From positions 28,458,001 to 28,522,000 of the forward strand of contig OZ116699.1 of assembly GCA_964199315.1 (NCBI GenBank): 64,000 nucleotides of DNA, written 5' to 3'. Of this stretch, positions 50,919-63,284 are shown in pieces. The notes below the pieces were generated by a model. It was given only the letters and a program-made list of their open reading frames with translations. It was not told the origin of the DNA and searched no databases. Made by a program: the position numbers and the translations under genes. This stretch comes from Orbicella franksi (lineage: Eukaryota). The number at the start of each line of letters is the position of its first letter. Position 1 is the stretch's first letter.

Positions 50919-51902
50919 TCACTGCGACAAAACTCTTTCACGAGAGTTTGAAATGCCGCGCATGTCAGTACCTGATACGATTTCGGTGACAGACCGACTG
51001 CTCTGACTGGTGCAACAGCATAGGCATAACGAGACAAGCTGCTTGAAAGCTCGACGAAATTCTGGGATTTTAACAGCGTAGACGATGGGATTGACCGCTG
51101 AGTTGCTGTAATGCATGAACTTGAGAAACAACAGAAGCTCCATGCTGAAAATTCCAGGCTGGCATTTATTGCAGAACACCAAGAGTAACTGAACAATGAA
51201 GAAAGGTAGCCAGGCAATCACGAAGAACCCAATCACAAGCGCGATTGTTACAGCAATGCGCATGTCACGCTTCATCGTTCGTGAGGTATCTTGACTTGGC
51301 TGTATTCGATGGCTGGCCGCATGCCATATCCTCGCGTAGGTAAACAGAATAACCAGCAGGGGGATAACGAAAAACACTACGAAAAGTAACAGCATGTTTG
51401 CTTGCCGGTTTTCTACCCTAAGCTTCAGCGCAGATCCACAAGCTGCCGCTGGAATAACCCACACAAATACAAGAGATGCATAGTAAACTTTAGCGGATGT
51501 GTTTCGATGCCGAATTGGGTAGACCACAGCAAAGAAGCGTTCTAGGCTGATCGTGACCAGATGCAGAATTGAACAGGTGCCTGCAAAGAGGTCGAGAACG
51601 TAATAAACTTGCTGTAACGTGTCGCCTCCAGATGAGTAGAGTAACATTGAGATCCAAATCGGGATGGAGATGACGCCCACCAAGATATCTGCCACAGCAA
51701 GGCTGACCACAAAATAATTTGTTATCGTGCGCAATCTCGAGTGTCGGCTAAACGATGCCACAACTAGTCCGTTCCCGAATACTGCCAAGAATGCAATGAC
51801 GACGTAAAATGTGCACGATACGATAACTGCCTCCCTCTTGAAAAATGGGCTATCGATCATAGGAGGAAGGCGAGCAGCACTCGGGTTAGAATGATTGGCC
51901 AT
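50919..51902 (-). CDS. Class A (rhodopsin-like) GPCR, aminergic-like orphan, 327 aa, intronless CDS
   Basis: Seven hydrophobic helices with GN (TM1), LAVAD (TM2), SLERF (TM3), W4.50, P5.50, AWLPFF (TM6), NSAVNPIVY (TM7), a helix 8 and a CLCCC palmitoylation-type cluster. Confidence 0.95.
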   Translation of the reverse strand: MANHSNPSAARLPPMIDSPFFKREAVIVSCTFYVVIAFLAVFGNGLVVASFSRHSRLRTITNYFVVSLAVADILVGVISIPIWISMLLYSSGGDTLQQVYYVLDLFAGTCSILHLVTISLERFFAVVYPIRHRNTSAKVYYASLVFVWVIPAAACGSALKLRVENRQANMLLLFVVFFVIPLLVILFTYARIWHAASHRIQPSQDTSRTMKRDMRIAVTIALVIGFFVIAWLPFFIVQLLLVFCNKCQPGIFSMELLLFLKFMHYSNSAVNPIVYAVKIPEFRRAFKQLVSLCLCCCTSQSSRSVTEIVSGTDMRGISNSRERVLSQ

Positions 51903-51913
51903 TTCACAAGTTC

Positions 51914-51935
51914 CTAAAAAGAGAATGAAATAATA
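51914..51935 (-). promoter_or_regulatory. Splice acceptor 11 nt upstream of the GPCR ATG, implying upstream non-coding exon(s)
   Basis: Minus strand reads ttttattatttcattctctttttAG|gaacttgtgaaATG: a long pyrimidine tract followed by AG. Confidence 0.6.
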
Positions 51936-54900
51936 AAATTATTGACGGGCGCACCTTTGACGCAAAAAAAATACGGTACTACTGTATGTTTCTACGTACA
52001 CTCCCGGGGGGACTACCATATGAAAAGGTTAGAGGTGGTCATCGTTTCACTTATGGGTGTGTAAATCACGGATTTTGGTCTCATTTATGGTGTTTAGGAC
52101 GAAACGCCACTATTTTAAGGGATCTTTTAGGGTTGCACTAGAAGAAATAACTGGAGTTTTGTGAACATGCCTTTAGAATCTATTTGTAGGAGAGAGTATT
52201 CCATGGAAATTGTCTTTAACATTATTCAAACCACTGTAGCCCATACTTTTCTGTCTGTTTTAAAGTGCATCCTTTAGGGGTCAAAGTAAGCTGGTGCGGC
52301 GCCCAAATCAGTGTCGCTTAGGGGTTTAGTTCGAATGTACAAGCTGTTGTTGTCTTCATGGGTTATTCAGTGGGAGTTTCGTCAGCGAAAGGATCTTACC
52401 AGAATATGCATGGGAGCAAGAGACTAAAGATCTTTGAATTAACGAAAGTTGAACATGCCTCTGCCACTTCTGTTATTTTAACTTTTATCGAAATGAGATA
52501 TTTGGTATATACCTTTCAGGTTTTTACCTACGTTTAAGTAAGGCGAAAAGTTCACCAGTTTTACTAGTTTTAAAAGGTTTTGTTACTTCAGAAAGGTCAT
52601 AAGAATAAAAGAGGCTCAAGTCTACGTGTTCATGAGTAAAAATAACAAAAAAAAAAAAAAAAAAAAAAAAAATAGGGAAAAAATAACAGAAGATCCCCAT
52701 GGCAAGGAAAGGAGATTGAGACAGAAACTAGACTAAAATGGACAATTGACCTCATTTGCCCGATATCGCGAAATAACACCAGCCGACGTTGAAGACTCCA
52801 TCAGTGGGAGACGCGGAAGCAGTGATGCAGTACTAAAATCTTTTTAGGTTAAAAAGTCGTGGACCGTGGCTAAGTGTAAAAAATGGAACCGCGCAGTTTG
52901 TGATTTTCAAACACAACATCGAAGTTTATTTCCCCAACTAGGAAATCTTCCTCTTGTAATTTGATTGAAAACAGTACACTTCTTGAGTTAAAGAGGTTCA
53001 AATATTATAATGTGTGAATAAAATCCTCAATTATTACAATGTAAACGAAAATTGATGACGAGAGCTTAACTCTCAGTTGGAGTTAGGTTTCCTCTCAAAT
53101 GCTTTAAAATGCTGTTTTAGGCAACCTGGAGTGCCTTTAAACGGCTCAGTAGGTTAATTTTAGGCTGCGCTATAAGATTTGTATCTGTTCTTTTATTGTA
53201 GAAGGAACTTGAATTTTCTTGAATTTATTAGCGTTTTTTCAGTTAACCATTTCTTGAAAAACTTAGGTCTTACTGCGTTTTCCACTTTAAACGACTCTTT
53301 TACCAATCCGAAAACTCTGCAGGCATTAAATTTCTCATATCACGAAAGTTCGAGGTGGCAATTCTCTTTAAGAAAATCGTAAGGGAGTGAAAGCCTCCCC
53401 TTCTGCTTGAATTTTTCTTTGTAGAAATTAAAAGTAAAATTATCAGATTTGTCCATGTAGAATTAAAAAAAAAAATTCCGGTTTGTGCTTAACTTAAGAA
53501 AATAAAAATACACACAGTGGCACTTTAACTTAATCATTTGACCCAGAAATTTTTTTGACGATGAACTGCGAAACAAACATGAAAACATTTAACCTTCTTC
53601 CGTGAAAATGTTGTGATCTGGAACTGAAAGATTTCTACTTCCGACATAGATTTTGAGAAGTGTCATCGAATGGTAAAATATAAGAATCTCTGATAAATTC
53701 CTCAAGACATAACATGCTCTGATATATGCACTGAAAAGCCCGGCGCGATTTCTTTGGATGAAAACAAATGCAGAAACGATCTTTTAATAGAAAGTTTGAC
53801 TTACGAAAATTTTCGACGACTTTCATTGTCCACAGATCGCTGTCTGAACCTAAGCTTTGTCTTCGGTGTCAAAAGACCGAAGGGATTTAAGCATAAATTC
53901 CTCTGTAACTTCGAGATTGGATCGGAGAGCTAGCACAGAGGCTAAGATGTACTAATTGAATTCTTTAAAATCTTCAAGGGAAAAGTGTCCTTACATATTA
54001 AGGATGAGAAATAAGCTTTTACGAACCAATTACTTGAAAGGGTACCTCGCTAGTCAGATTAAAGATTTCTAACCTGATGTGTTTACCTTAAATATTTGGA
54101 ATAAACCGAACAAAGGCGAAAGGAATGAAACTAATCAGAACCTCTATGGTCGAACTATCGGTTATCAACTATAGTGGTCTAGGCTGGGCAGACCGAATGC
54201 TGTGATTTGGGATTTGTCTCAAACGAATTCGGTGCACAATTTTAAAAATCACATCAGAACATTTTAGTTTTTTTGTTTACCTTAGACGGCTGAAATGTGT
54301 TCTCGGTACTTGGGTGCTTTTTGTTTTCGTCTTCTTGACGATTTACTTACGCCTTAAGCGACGCTTCACTCTTTACTTTGGCGCTAAAACGGACTTTGTA
54401 CAGTTTGACTGTTAAGGGCAAACCTCTGGGTCGTGTAAACGTGGTTGCCAAGTGTTTCAAATACGTCGTCGTCGCGTTGTTGATTTGCGCCACGCTCTCT
54501 CTTTGAGATTCATCGACTGGTCTTCCTTCTGACACAACTAATTGAGTTTTATAAAGAGAAGAGTAACCTCATGAATATTAAGTGCATTTTGTTGACGAAT
54601 GCCTGTGGAGCTTCCATCAAATTATTGACACAATTTGAATTGACATTTGTACCTGATACATAATTAATCTCGTCGTAAGTGATCGAACAGAGAGGAAATA
54701 AATTTCAAGCAGAGACTTGGAAATTATACAGTCTATTTTACCATTACTACTTGTCCATTCTAGTGGTGTGATGTAACTAGTAAACTCCGCGTGTCGCTTT
54801 CGTGAGAAACCATATTAAGGCAACCCTAATTAGATGGTACCAAAGCTGGACATGAAAGCGTCGTTATGAATTGCAAGACTCTCGAAACAAAATTAAAATA

Positions 54901-57900
54901 AAAATGGATCGCTATAGATCGTTAACAATCTGTCTTAAGTAAGTAGCACTATATATAGAAGCGTTTTCTTATATAGACTATTGTTAAAGAACTTCAAAGA
55001 ATCGTTTCCTTCTGTTTTACTTCACTTCACCCTCGTAAATGGAAACCCGCGTTTTTTTCTAAGATGATGATGCTTTTTTAGTAGAAATACGCAACGTGTG
55101 TCAAGTTTGGGGGTCCTATGCTAATTGAGTAATAAAATCAAGATTACCGAGTTTGAATGATACCTTCTTGTGCGTGCAAATAAGATATTCTTTCAGTTGT
55201 AGCACGCATACTGTTCAGCCTATACACTCGTTCCAAATTAAGACACTTTTCAAGCATCAAGCTGAGTGATGGAAAAAGATTTTCTTGATAACAACAGTTT
55301 TTCTTTTAGAAGAAGATAAAAAGATACCTTTATTCACGCAGAGTTGGAGCGATAGCAAATTTAATTTTGCACCTTTAGAAAAAAGGGGTGCAAACTTCTG
55401 AATTAGACGTACACGCAGCTGCAAAATGACCAGGTGCTTTGACGCAGCTTCTCGTTTCATATGCCTTTTATATATGGACCACCACAATCGACCCACGAGT
55501 GCACCATGCGTATGAAAGACATGAAAGTCTACATGCTGTCAAATGTCTTTAGGAAACGAGTCTGAAGTTAATTTTCTTGCTAAAGCTTTTGTAATGACAT
55601 CTCATTCACAAGACTGCCTTGTTAATTAGAGAACTAGCCATAGGATTGCTCTATCTTTGAGGAGCTATAGGTGAGAAAGTAGTATCTACACACGGTTTGT
55701 GTGTTTTGCTCGTCTTTTGCAACGAAATGCCGCATATGCTCCCCGCATGCTAATTTTTTGACTGTTTTGAGGCACATGTTATTGCAACGCCACATGGCTT
55801 TGTTGAAATATTGAAATAGCAACATTGTCATTCCGGTTGTCATTTAATCTAGATATTTCATAATTAAATTGATCTAAGACAGATACTATACAAACTAAGT
55901 ACCTGATTTTTTGAGAAAATGATTTATAACCCAGCTTTTTAGAGATGAAACCCCTTATGAATTCGAAAAATGGAATTTCTTAGTTCCAAGCGCCCATGCT
56001 AAGTCTTCAGAGATGTTGTTAAACTTTCAGAGTGAAAGTGGAAGAAAGTATATATTTTGCAATTACCACTCAGTTATTAGTATCAGCTGATGATGAAATT
56101 TAAAGAGAATGCAGACATCAACATAGGGACTTTTTTCGATTGCTTCATAAACATAAAAAATAGAGTCAAAAAACAAAATAAAAGATACACATGCATCTTT
56201 GCGTTTCGTCAGAATATATTCTATCACATCGGACTTGCAATTTTAAAAAACAAAGTAGAGAAAGTTTCCGGGGTAAAACAGTGTTCTTGAAACACCTACT
56301 GTTCTTGACCATCTGACTCAAATGGTGGAAAAAGAGAAAAATGAACCACATTCGGACTATTTCGGCTGTTTCGATCACAGCATGTGTGTAAGTAGTAATC
56401 GGCGAGATGTAAGCGTCACATAAACGCAATTTGCCTTTCCAACTCAGACTTCGTTAATTCTAAATTTTAAAAATCTTCAGCGAGAAGCTGTTTTTCCAAG
56501 TGCGCTTTCCTTCAAAGTTTACTCCATCATGTACTTATTCCTGCATGGCAGAAATTTTTATCCAAAATCAGTTTCGCTTTGAATGTGTTTCAATGCAAGA
56601 CCATCACGTTTATCGCAATATCTCATTTGGAGTACATAATCTTGTGATGTGGATTATTTGAAGTTTTCCAGTCAAAATATTGTGCTGATTGTTCGTTGTG
56701 TGTTAACTGAACCGTTCTGGACTATCATGATCATCAACCACACCACGCAACATTTTGTGATTTACGTCAAAAATAGAATTTGTTTCATTTAACGCGGATA
56801 TCTCATGCCATCAGGGAAGGGATACGATATCATTTCCTGGGGAATGATACGATATAACTTCCCTGATTATATCGTTCAATCAAATATATCTTTTTGCATT
56901 TTTATTTTCTACTGACGCCGACTCGCTTAAGAAGGTAATTCAGTGCCCTAGCTTCTAGAAACTTCTATGATTACCAACATGTCAAACATTAAATACTGTT
57001 AATTGATTATACCTTAAGTACGAATTACAACGAAAAACTGAAATATTTCTGTACGTAGCTATTCGACTGACGCACAGTCAGCGCGCATTTGTGCACAAAA
57101 GTGTATATTTTTGCCTTCAGCTACTTCGAATGATATTTGGGTTTAGGGAAAATGCCAGTTTATGAAGTTCCGTGATTATCTACCTGATCTAATAACGGAA
57201 CCGATACATTTTGTTCCGTCCATAATGGGACATCGTGGCTCCGTCTTGAAATTTAAAGTTATGAATGTGCTTTTAGTTGATCCTTCAATTACTAGAAATG
57301 CATTATCTGAAGAACGCACGGAAATAAAATTCTGATGTATCCGCTAGATATCTTGATCCACTTTTAGTTCTGGAATTTTATTTAACTGGGCGCTGACGTG
57401 TTGTTGTTCGGTACACAATATATGCGCCTGTGATTAAATCTCCGAAAACATATATCCGCAATAATGAGAATCTCAGAAGAAGGCTTATGAGGTTAGCCAA
57501 ATCTAGAAGTAATACTGAATGAAGAAAAGTATTGAAGAGAAAGAAACTCAGAAAGAAGGCAAGGAACACTGAGAGATTAGTAAAGACCAGTAAGCTAACA
57601 TTAAAATAACTTTACCCGGTTGAACTTTGTTGTTGGCTAGATATACCAGCACGGGGTACCTCCGCCCGTTGGGCTAGTTTCCCTCAAAACAACACTTTTA
57701 ACAGAGGTAGTACTCTTTCAATATAATGAACAAATTGTACTCTTTATTAAAACGAAATCAAACCCGCTCGAAAACTTGCTCATTCGCACTACAGTATTAT
57801 TAACTCGCGAATAATAACGGCATCAGGCTCCCAGTAAATAATCTCTATATATTTGCATAGCCTGATGAAAATACAAACTTATTAAGTTTTGAGTCTGACA

Positions 57901-60900
57901 ATGAAAAGCAACCAACCAACCAATTAAACGAACGAGGAAAAACAAAAACATGTTTTGTGTCCATGCATCTTTTTGAAGTCAATCGATACCAAAAACAAGT
58001 GATCGATATCGTCTTGCGTCTGTTGTACTCGTTTTGAAAATTTACATCCAACACAGCCTATTGAACTATTGAACTAATTGATGTGAGAACAAAAATCATT
58101 TAAAAGAGATTCGCTTTGTGTGTGTCGAAACATTAAGACGAAATCCGATAGAAAATCGAGCAATTTCATGTTTTAGTGGACAAAAATCTGGTACCAGAAT
58201 AATTTTAAGTATTTTACAGTCATTTTTACATTTTCTTAAAGGTAAATACATAAATAATCGCCTGAAATAACACCGAAAACAATTTCCCATGGGAACGAGA
58301 GAAAATGAATTTCAAAGTTCAGAGAACTTGCGCAAACATAGGCAAAATTTCATCATCAGTTTCATTTCACCAGTTCTTTCAAGTTTTTCATACGAAGTTC
58401 AACATTCGCTTTAGACGTTTGGTGTTGCTAGAAATGATTTTTTTTTGAGAGGATATTCTGAAAACAGTCGTAAAGAAGTTTACAATACGATGTAAATAAT
58501 CTTGGTACTAGGTTTTTGTCCACTCGTTAATCGAACTTCTGATGGATTCCGTATTAAGTCTTAAGTTTTATTTTCTGATTAAAAAAGGGTCAATTTTTGC
58601 GGATCTTTAAAACTACCCTTGTACCTAACCATTTTATTGATGATGAGCGAACTGGTATTACATATTATGTATGCTGTTTTCTATTTCAATATCAGGGCGA
58701 GTTGCCTCAGATCGCAAAAATGGCCTTATAAATACAACGACATAGCTCTTCATCAATACATCATCCTCTCTCTTTCTCTTAACGCATTATGATAGGGCAC
58801 AGAACACATTCACTTCGGTGCCACTTACCTGGTGCTGGTCAAGTCTTGGCTATCGAGAAACAAGGTGCTGTAATCTGTTAAGTATGTCTGTCTCAGTAAA
58901 AGTGAATAACCTTCTCTAGACAGGCTCTTACTACTTACAAGCGGTAATTCGGGTGTTTGGCGATAGTCAGCCCGGAAAGGTTTTTGTACCGTTGCGACAG
59001 AAATATGGAACGGCATGCAGCCATGGAAGTTTCTCAGTTGGAATTCTCTTTGCTCCTTTCGTGTTGTTCCGTTGAGAAGACTTCTATATTTGGAGATAAA
59101 TGACTTCAATTATCAGTCACCATTGAAAAGTAACCATGCAATCTTTCGCAACTAACTTCAGCGTGAAAAGCTGTTTCCAAACGGCATGATGATTTCCAGC
59201 ATTAGCAAAACCGATTTCATTGACGATCCTGTTGCGATTAGATTGCAAAACTGAATAACTGAATTAAAAACTGGAATTAACCCTTGTTCAAGAAAGCTCT
59301 TCGGCCAGTGCTGTTTTAATTAGAAATCGCGGCAAGCATGCCGGATTTCTTAAAGATTTTTTAATTCATGAGTGAATTCATGTGAGAGTGGGAAAATATC
59401 TCTCTTGTTTGTAATTGTTCCCTTTCACGAAAGAGCGTTTGATGTGTTTTACATGGCGGTTCCTAACCGATAGAACATGAGTATATTGGAACAATTTTCT
59501 CACATCTCAAGAGGTAGTTTGTGCTCGTGCGAATCAAATCAAATTGAATCCAAGTATATTTGTTGTATTGTAAGTTGGCTTTTAGGCTTATTTTTCCCGA
59601 AATGCCGCAAGAATGCCAACCTATAGATCAGCTGTCAAAAATTCTGGCATTGTTGATTTTGCAACCGATTAGTAAGGAATTAATAAACAGAAATGAAAAG
59701 TACCTTTAAGAACAACTACCGCACTTTCGACTTTTGCCTAAATTTGACTGTTTTCTGCTGCCATCTGTAATCATTTATCAGCACTAATTGCTGAAAACTT
59801 AGGAGTTGCTCTCTCGAAAGAAACATGTGGTCTTTCAATATTCTATGGCATTTTTGGAGTCTGCTTTTATCGAAACCTTGTTGTAAAGAAATAATACATT
59901 GCCTTGATAATCATCGATGAATTGTACGACTTCAAACATTGGGATATATCTATTAAAAGGTAGTTTCGTGCATTTTTTCCCCCGATTATTTGACACATGA
60001 CAGTAATGCCGTTTTATAACGAATTTCATCTGTTTACTAAGGAGATTATTCAGGGATGTACTCAGAGTGTATTTTTCCCATCAGCACTCTCAAGATGAAA
60101 CGTCGGCAAGCGGGCGCAATAAACCTAGCTTCGGCTTTAGGAGCTAAAAAAAAAAGTCATTTGAAAATTAATATTCGGCTCGTTTGATAGCTTTCCTTTC
60201 TCAACAGATGATTTTGTAATCTCTTTGTCAGAAATTGATGGCGGAATGTTGCTTTGAACCGGAGCAAAAGAAGCCAAAGAAAAGAAAACCGGAATGGCGG
60301 GAAAACGAGAAGAAGAAGACGTCTACTTTCACGTTTTCATCATGTTTGGGATCAGAAGAATGGATGCTGAAAAAACTGCGTCTCTCAGGTTGTTTTGCCA
60401 TACACATGTAGTTAGTTCTCACGAACCTAAACGATTGAAGGGGAAAACGACTGACGAATGGCTACAGAAAGGGATGCAATATTAAGATACGTTCAAAAAT
60501 TTAGAAATTGTTAATTAACTTTGATTTCATTCGTTTAATGGATTGTACATTCATATATGTGCAGGTGGCTCTTGTTACTTCATTTGACCAGATGCTGCAG
60601 ATCAGTGCGACAGAAGGATGTGGATTTGGACCGGAACACACATGTGAGCTATTGCAGTGCTAAAACTACAACGTGCTTTAACGACGAGAAGAATATTGAA
60701 TTTTGAAAGACTGAAATAAAGGAAGATAAGTACCAAGAAGGTAAGTTATCTTGAAATGCGCCATGGCCAGCACAATTAGGATTCGTGGTGGGATCCATTT
60801 ATTCAGTTGCCAATCTAGAAGTATCACGTATTAAAGTAAGTGTAGCCACTTGGTATGGGGCGATTCCTGGTGTTCTTGTATCCGTTGTTGTAGGACTGAT

Positions 60901-61529
60901 GAATGTAGACAAGTGAAATAATTTATGGCTGGCCTTTGGTAGATCGGTATGAGAATGAGACAAACTAAATCCAGTTACAATAGCGGTGAAAATGTCATGG
61001 CTCGTGTTACACTAAGCATTTAGATCAACTGCTTACCCTTAACCGTTTTTCTTTTTGCAAAATGTAGAAATTGAGTTGCTGGAACACTCTCTTCTGTCAA
61101 TATATTGCGTGAATAGTTTTTGCAAACGTTCACTTGATCTAAGCCGCTCTTGGTACGTTGCATGCAAGAATGACTAATCTAGGTCATTTTAAAAACTAAT
61201 AAAACAGTGAGCGATGACATATGAAGAACTTTCTAGCGCTGAATCCTGGGCCAGATCTTGGGCCTTGTAGTAGAATAAAAACTAAGGGGATGTCTTGCTC
61301 AGCAAAATTGAATCGACTTGTGATTTAGCAAACCGGACAGCTACATTGGACAAGCAAATCCCGAACGTACCGTACGCCCGGGATCGTACGTAGAACAAAC
61401 GGCATTCTCTGTCGATGGGTGTTTGGAAATCGCTAAGATGATCATGATCTTTCAGTCATGGATTTTCCATTCGGCCACCAACGAAGTAACACGTGCTCTG
61501 ATATTAATTAACTAATATTGGTGACTGAT

Positions 61530-63284
61530 GGCATACTGTAAAATATAGACTGGAGTGGACTGGAGTGGACTGGAGTGGACTGGAGTGGAGTGGACTGGAT
61601 TTGTAAAACATGGAGTGGATTTGTAAAAGGTGGATTTGTAAAAGGTGGATTTGTAAAGGGTGGATTTGTAAAAGGTGGATTTGTAAAAGGTGGATTTGTA
61701 AAACGTGGATTTGTAAAGGGTGGATTTGTAAAACGTGGATTTGTAAAAGGTGGATTTGTAAAACGTGGATTTGTAAAAGGTGGATTTGTCAAACATGGAT
61801 TTGTAAAAGGTGGATTTGTAAAACATGGATTTGTAAAAAATGATAATTTAAAATTAAAGCGCGCGACGAGAACAGTACGGAATTTTTTTTTCGCGCTGAT
61901 CAAATCGGAAATCGTGCAATAAAAGCTAAAGATTGTGGCACCCAGGAAACAATAAACGCGACAAGAATGTAACAGTATTGAGAGAAAACCGGATGTTATC
62001 CTACAATATAATTAGCCAGAAGTTTGTGCAAGCGGCTAACAAAATCAACTGTTATTTAATTCCATAAATCTTTGCTTTTAGCTATTGCTACCCTGGCTAC
62101 CAAAGGTCTTTGTCGGGCGTCGGGATACTTCTTTTCGTTTGAGTATTGGCACTGTTGACAGCTTGGCGCTGCTGTCAGTTACATGTATCCATAAACAGAA
62201 AGCTGGAGTGAATGTCTTGACCTTTGAACAATAAAGTCTTGCATGATTTAAATTCTGGCGCGAAAGTTTACACGGCGCGCTCGAGATCGAGATGGCAGCT
62301 TTCAAGCTTCCATCTCTTTCTCTTAAAAAGCGAAAACGGCAGTTATCTTTGCCCGAGTTTGGGTGAAATTCTATAAACCTAAAGGAAGAAATAGGAAGCG
62401 GTACTTTTGGAACAGTTTATTTGGCTAAATGCACCGACGAGGAACAATGTGTTGTTATTAACTAGTGTTTGAGAAATTTACAGTCATTCCTTCAACAAAT
62501 AAAATGTTGAACAAACGTGTAGCACCGGCTCAAGCAATTCATTTTCTTGATCGGAATTAATCCGTTTCTCACCAAGAAGTGTTACAATATTGCATTTATA
62601 TACTTTGTGATAAAATATAGAGGAATTATAATTCTTTGTATGCTTTCGTTACAGTTAATGTTGAAGTGAATTAATCGTAAAAGTAAAGAATGAATTGTTT
62701 GAAATGTATGTAAAAGTAAATGCATGTAAAAGTAAAGAATGAATTATTTGGAATATATACCATTGATATCCTGTTTGCTCGAAGGATCTGCAAACAAAAT
62801 AAAGTTTATTGTTTTACATTTGTTTTACAATTTTTTTTACAAATCCACCTTTTGCACAAACTAAAAAAGCAAAGATTTACGGAATTAAATAACAGTTGAT
62901 TTTGTTAGCCGCTTGCACAAACTTCTGCCTAATTATATTGTAGGATAGCATCCGGTTTTCTGCTACGTTCTTGCCGCTTATTGTCACCTGGGTGCCACAA
63001 TCTCTAGTTTTTATCGCACGGTTTCCGATTTGATCAGCGCAAAAAAAAAAAAAATCCGTACTGTACTCGTCGCGCGCTTATCATTTTTTACAAATCCATT
63101 TTTTAAAAACCCACCTTTTACAAATCCATGTTTTACAAATCCGCGCTTTACAAATCCATGTTTTACAAATCCACGTTTTACAAATCCATGTTTTACAAAT
63201 CCGCGTTTTCCAAATCCATTCCATATTTTACAAATCGAGTCCACTCCACTCCAGTCCACTCCAGTCCATGTTTTACAATATGCC
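61530..63284. mobile_element. Non-autonomous foldback DNA transposon, Mutator/MULE (Rehavkus-like), 1755 bp
   Basis: Perfect 9-bp TSD GTGACTGAT at 61521-61529 and 63285-63293. Termini GGCATA(C/T)TGTAAAA. Inverted arms ~61530-62081 and ~62861-63284 contain 10-bp (GGAGTGGACT) and 15-bp (TGGATTTGTAAAAGG-type) tandem units plus ~220 bp of unique inverted sequence. Confidence 0.88.
62292..62465 (+). pseudogene. Protein kinase N-terminal fragment (subdomains I-II) carried inside the foldback element
   Basis: In frame from ATG 62292: MAAFKLPSLSLKKRKRQLSLPEFG*NSINLKEEIGSGTFGTVYLAKCTDEEQCVVIN*. Contains the GxGxFG loop and VYLAK. The VAIK-like strand reads VVIN. Internal TGA at 62364. Confidence 0.75.

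Noticed and set aside
50879-51217. 112-aa ORF overlapping the GPCR
   Set aside because: It is an alternative frame of the GPCR CDS with no recognisable motifs.
61590-61845. Regularly spaced direct repeats resembling a CRISPR array
   Set aside because: The units are contiguous 15-mers with no unique spacers, the context is eukaryotic and there are no cas genes.
61508-61922. Repeat-protein ORFs (FTNPP, GFVKG, WICKR, STFYK) here and at 63011-63344
   Set aside because: They are translations of the 15-bp tandem repeat in the foldback arms. The unit has no stop in most frames, so ORFs appear on both strands.
62364-62366. In-frame TGA in the kinase fragment as possible selenocysteine or readthrough
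   Set aside because: The frame terminates again 33 codons later, the catalytic Lys is absent and I saw no SECIS-like hairpin. A TGG-to-TGA nonsense change is simpler.
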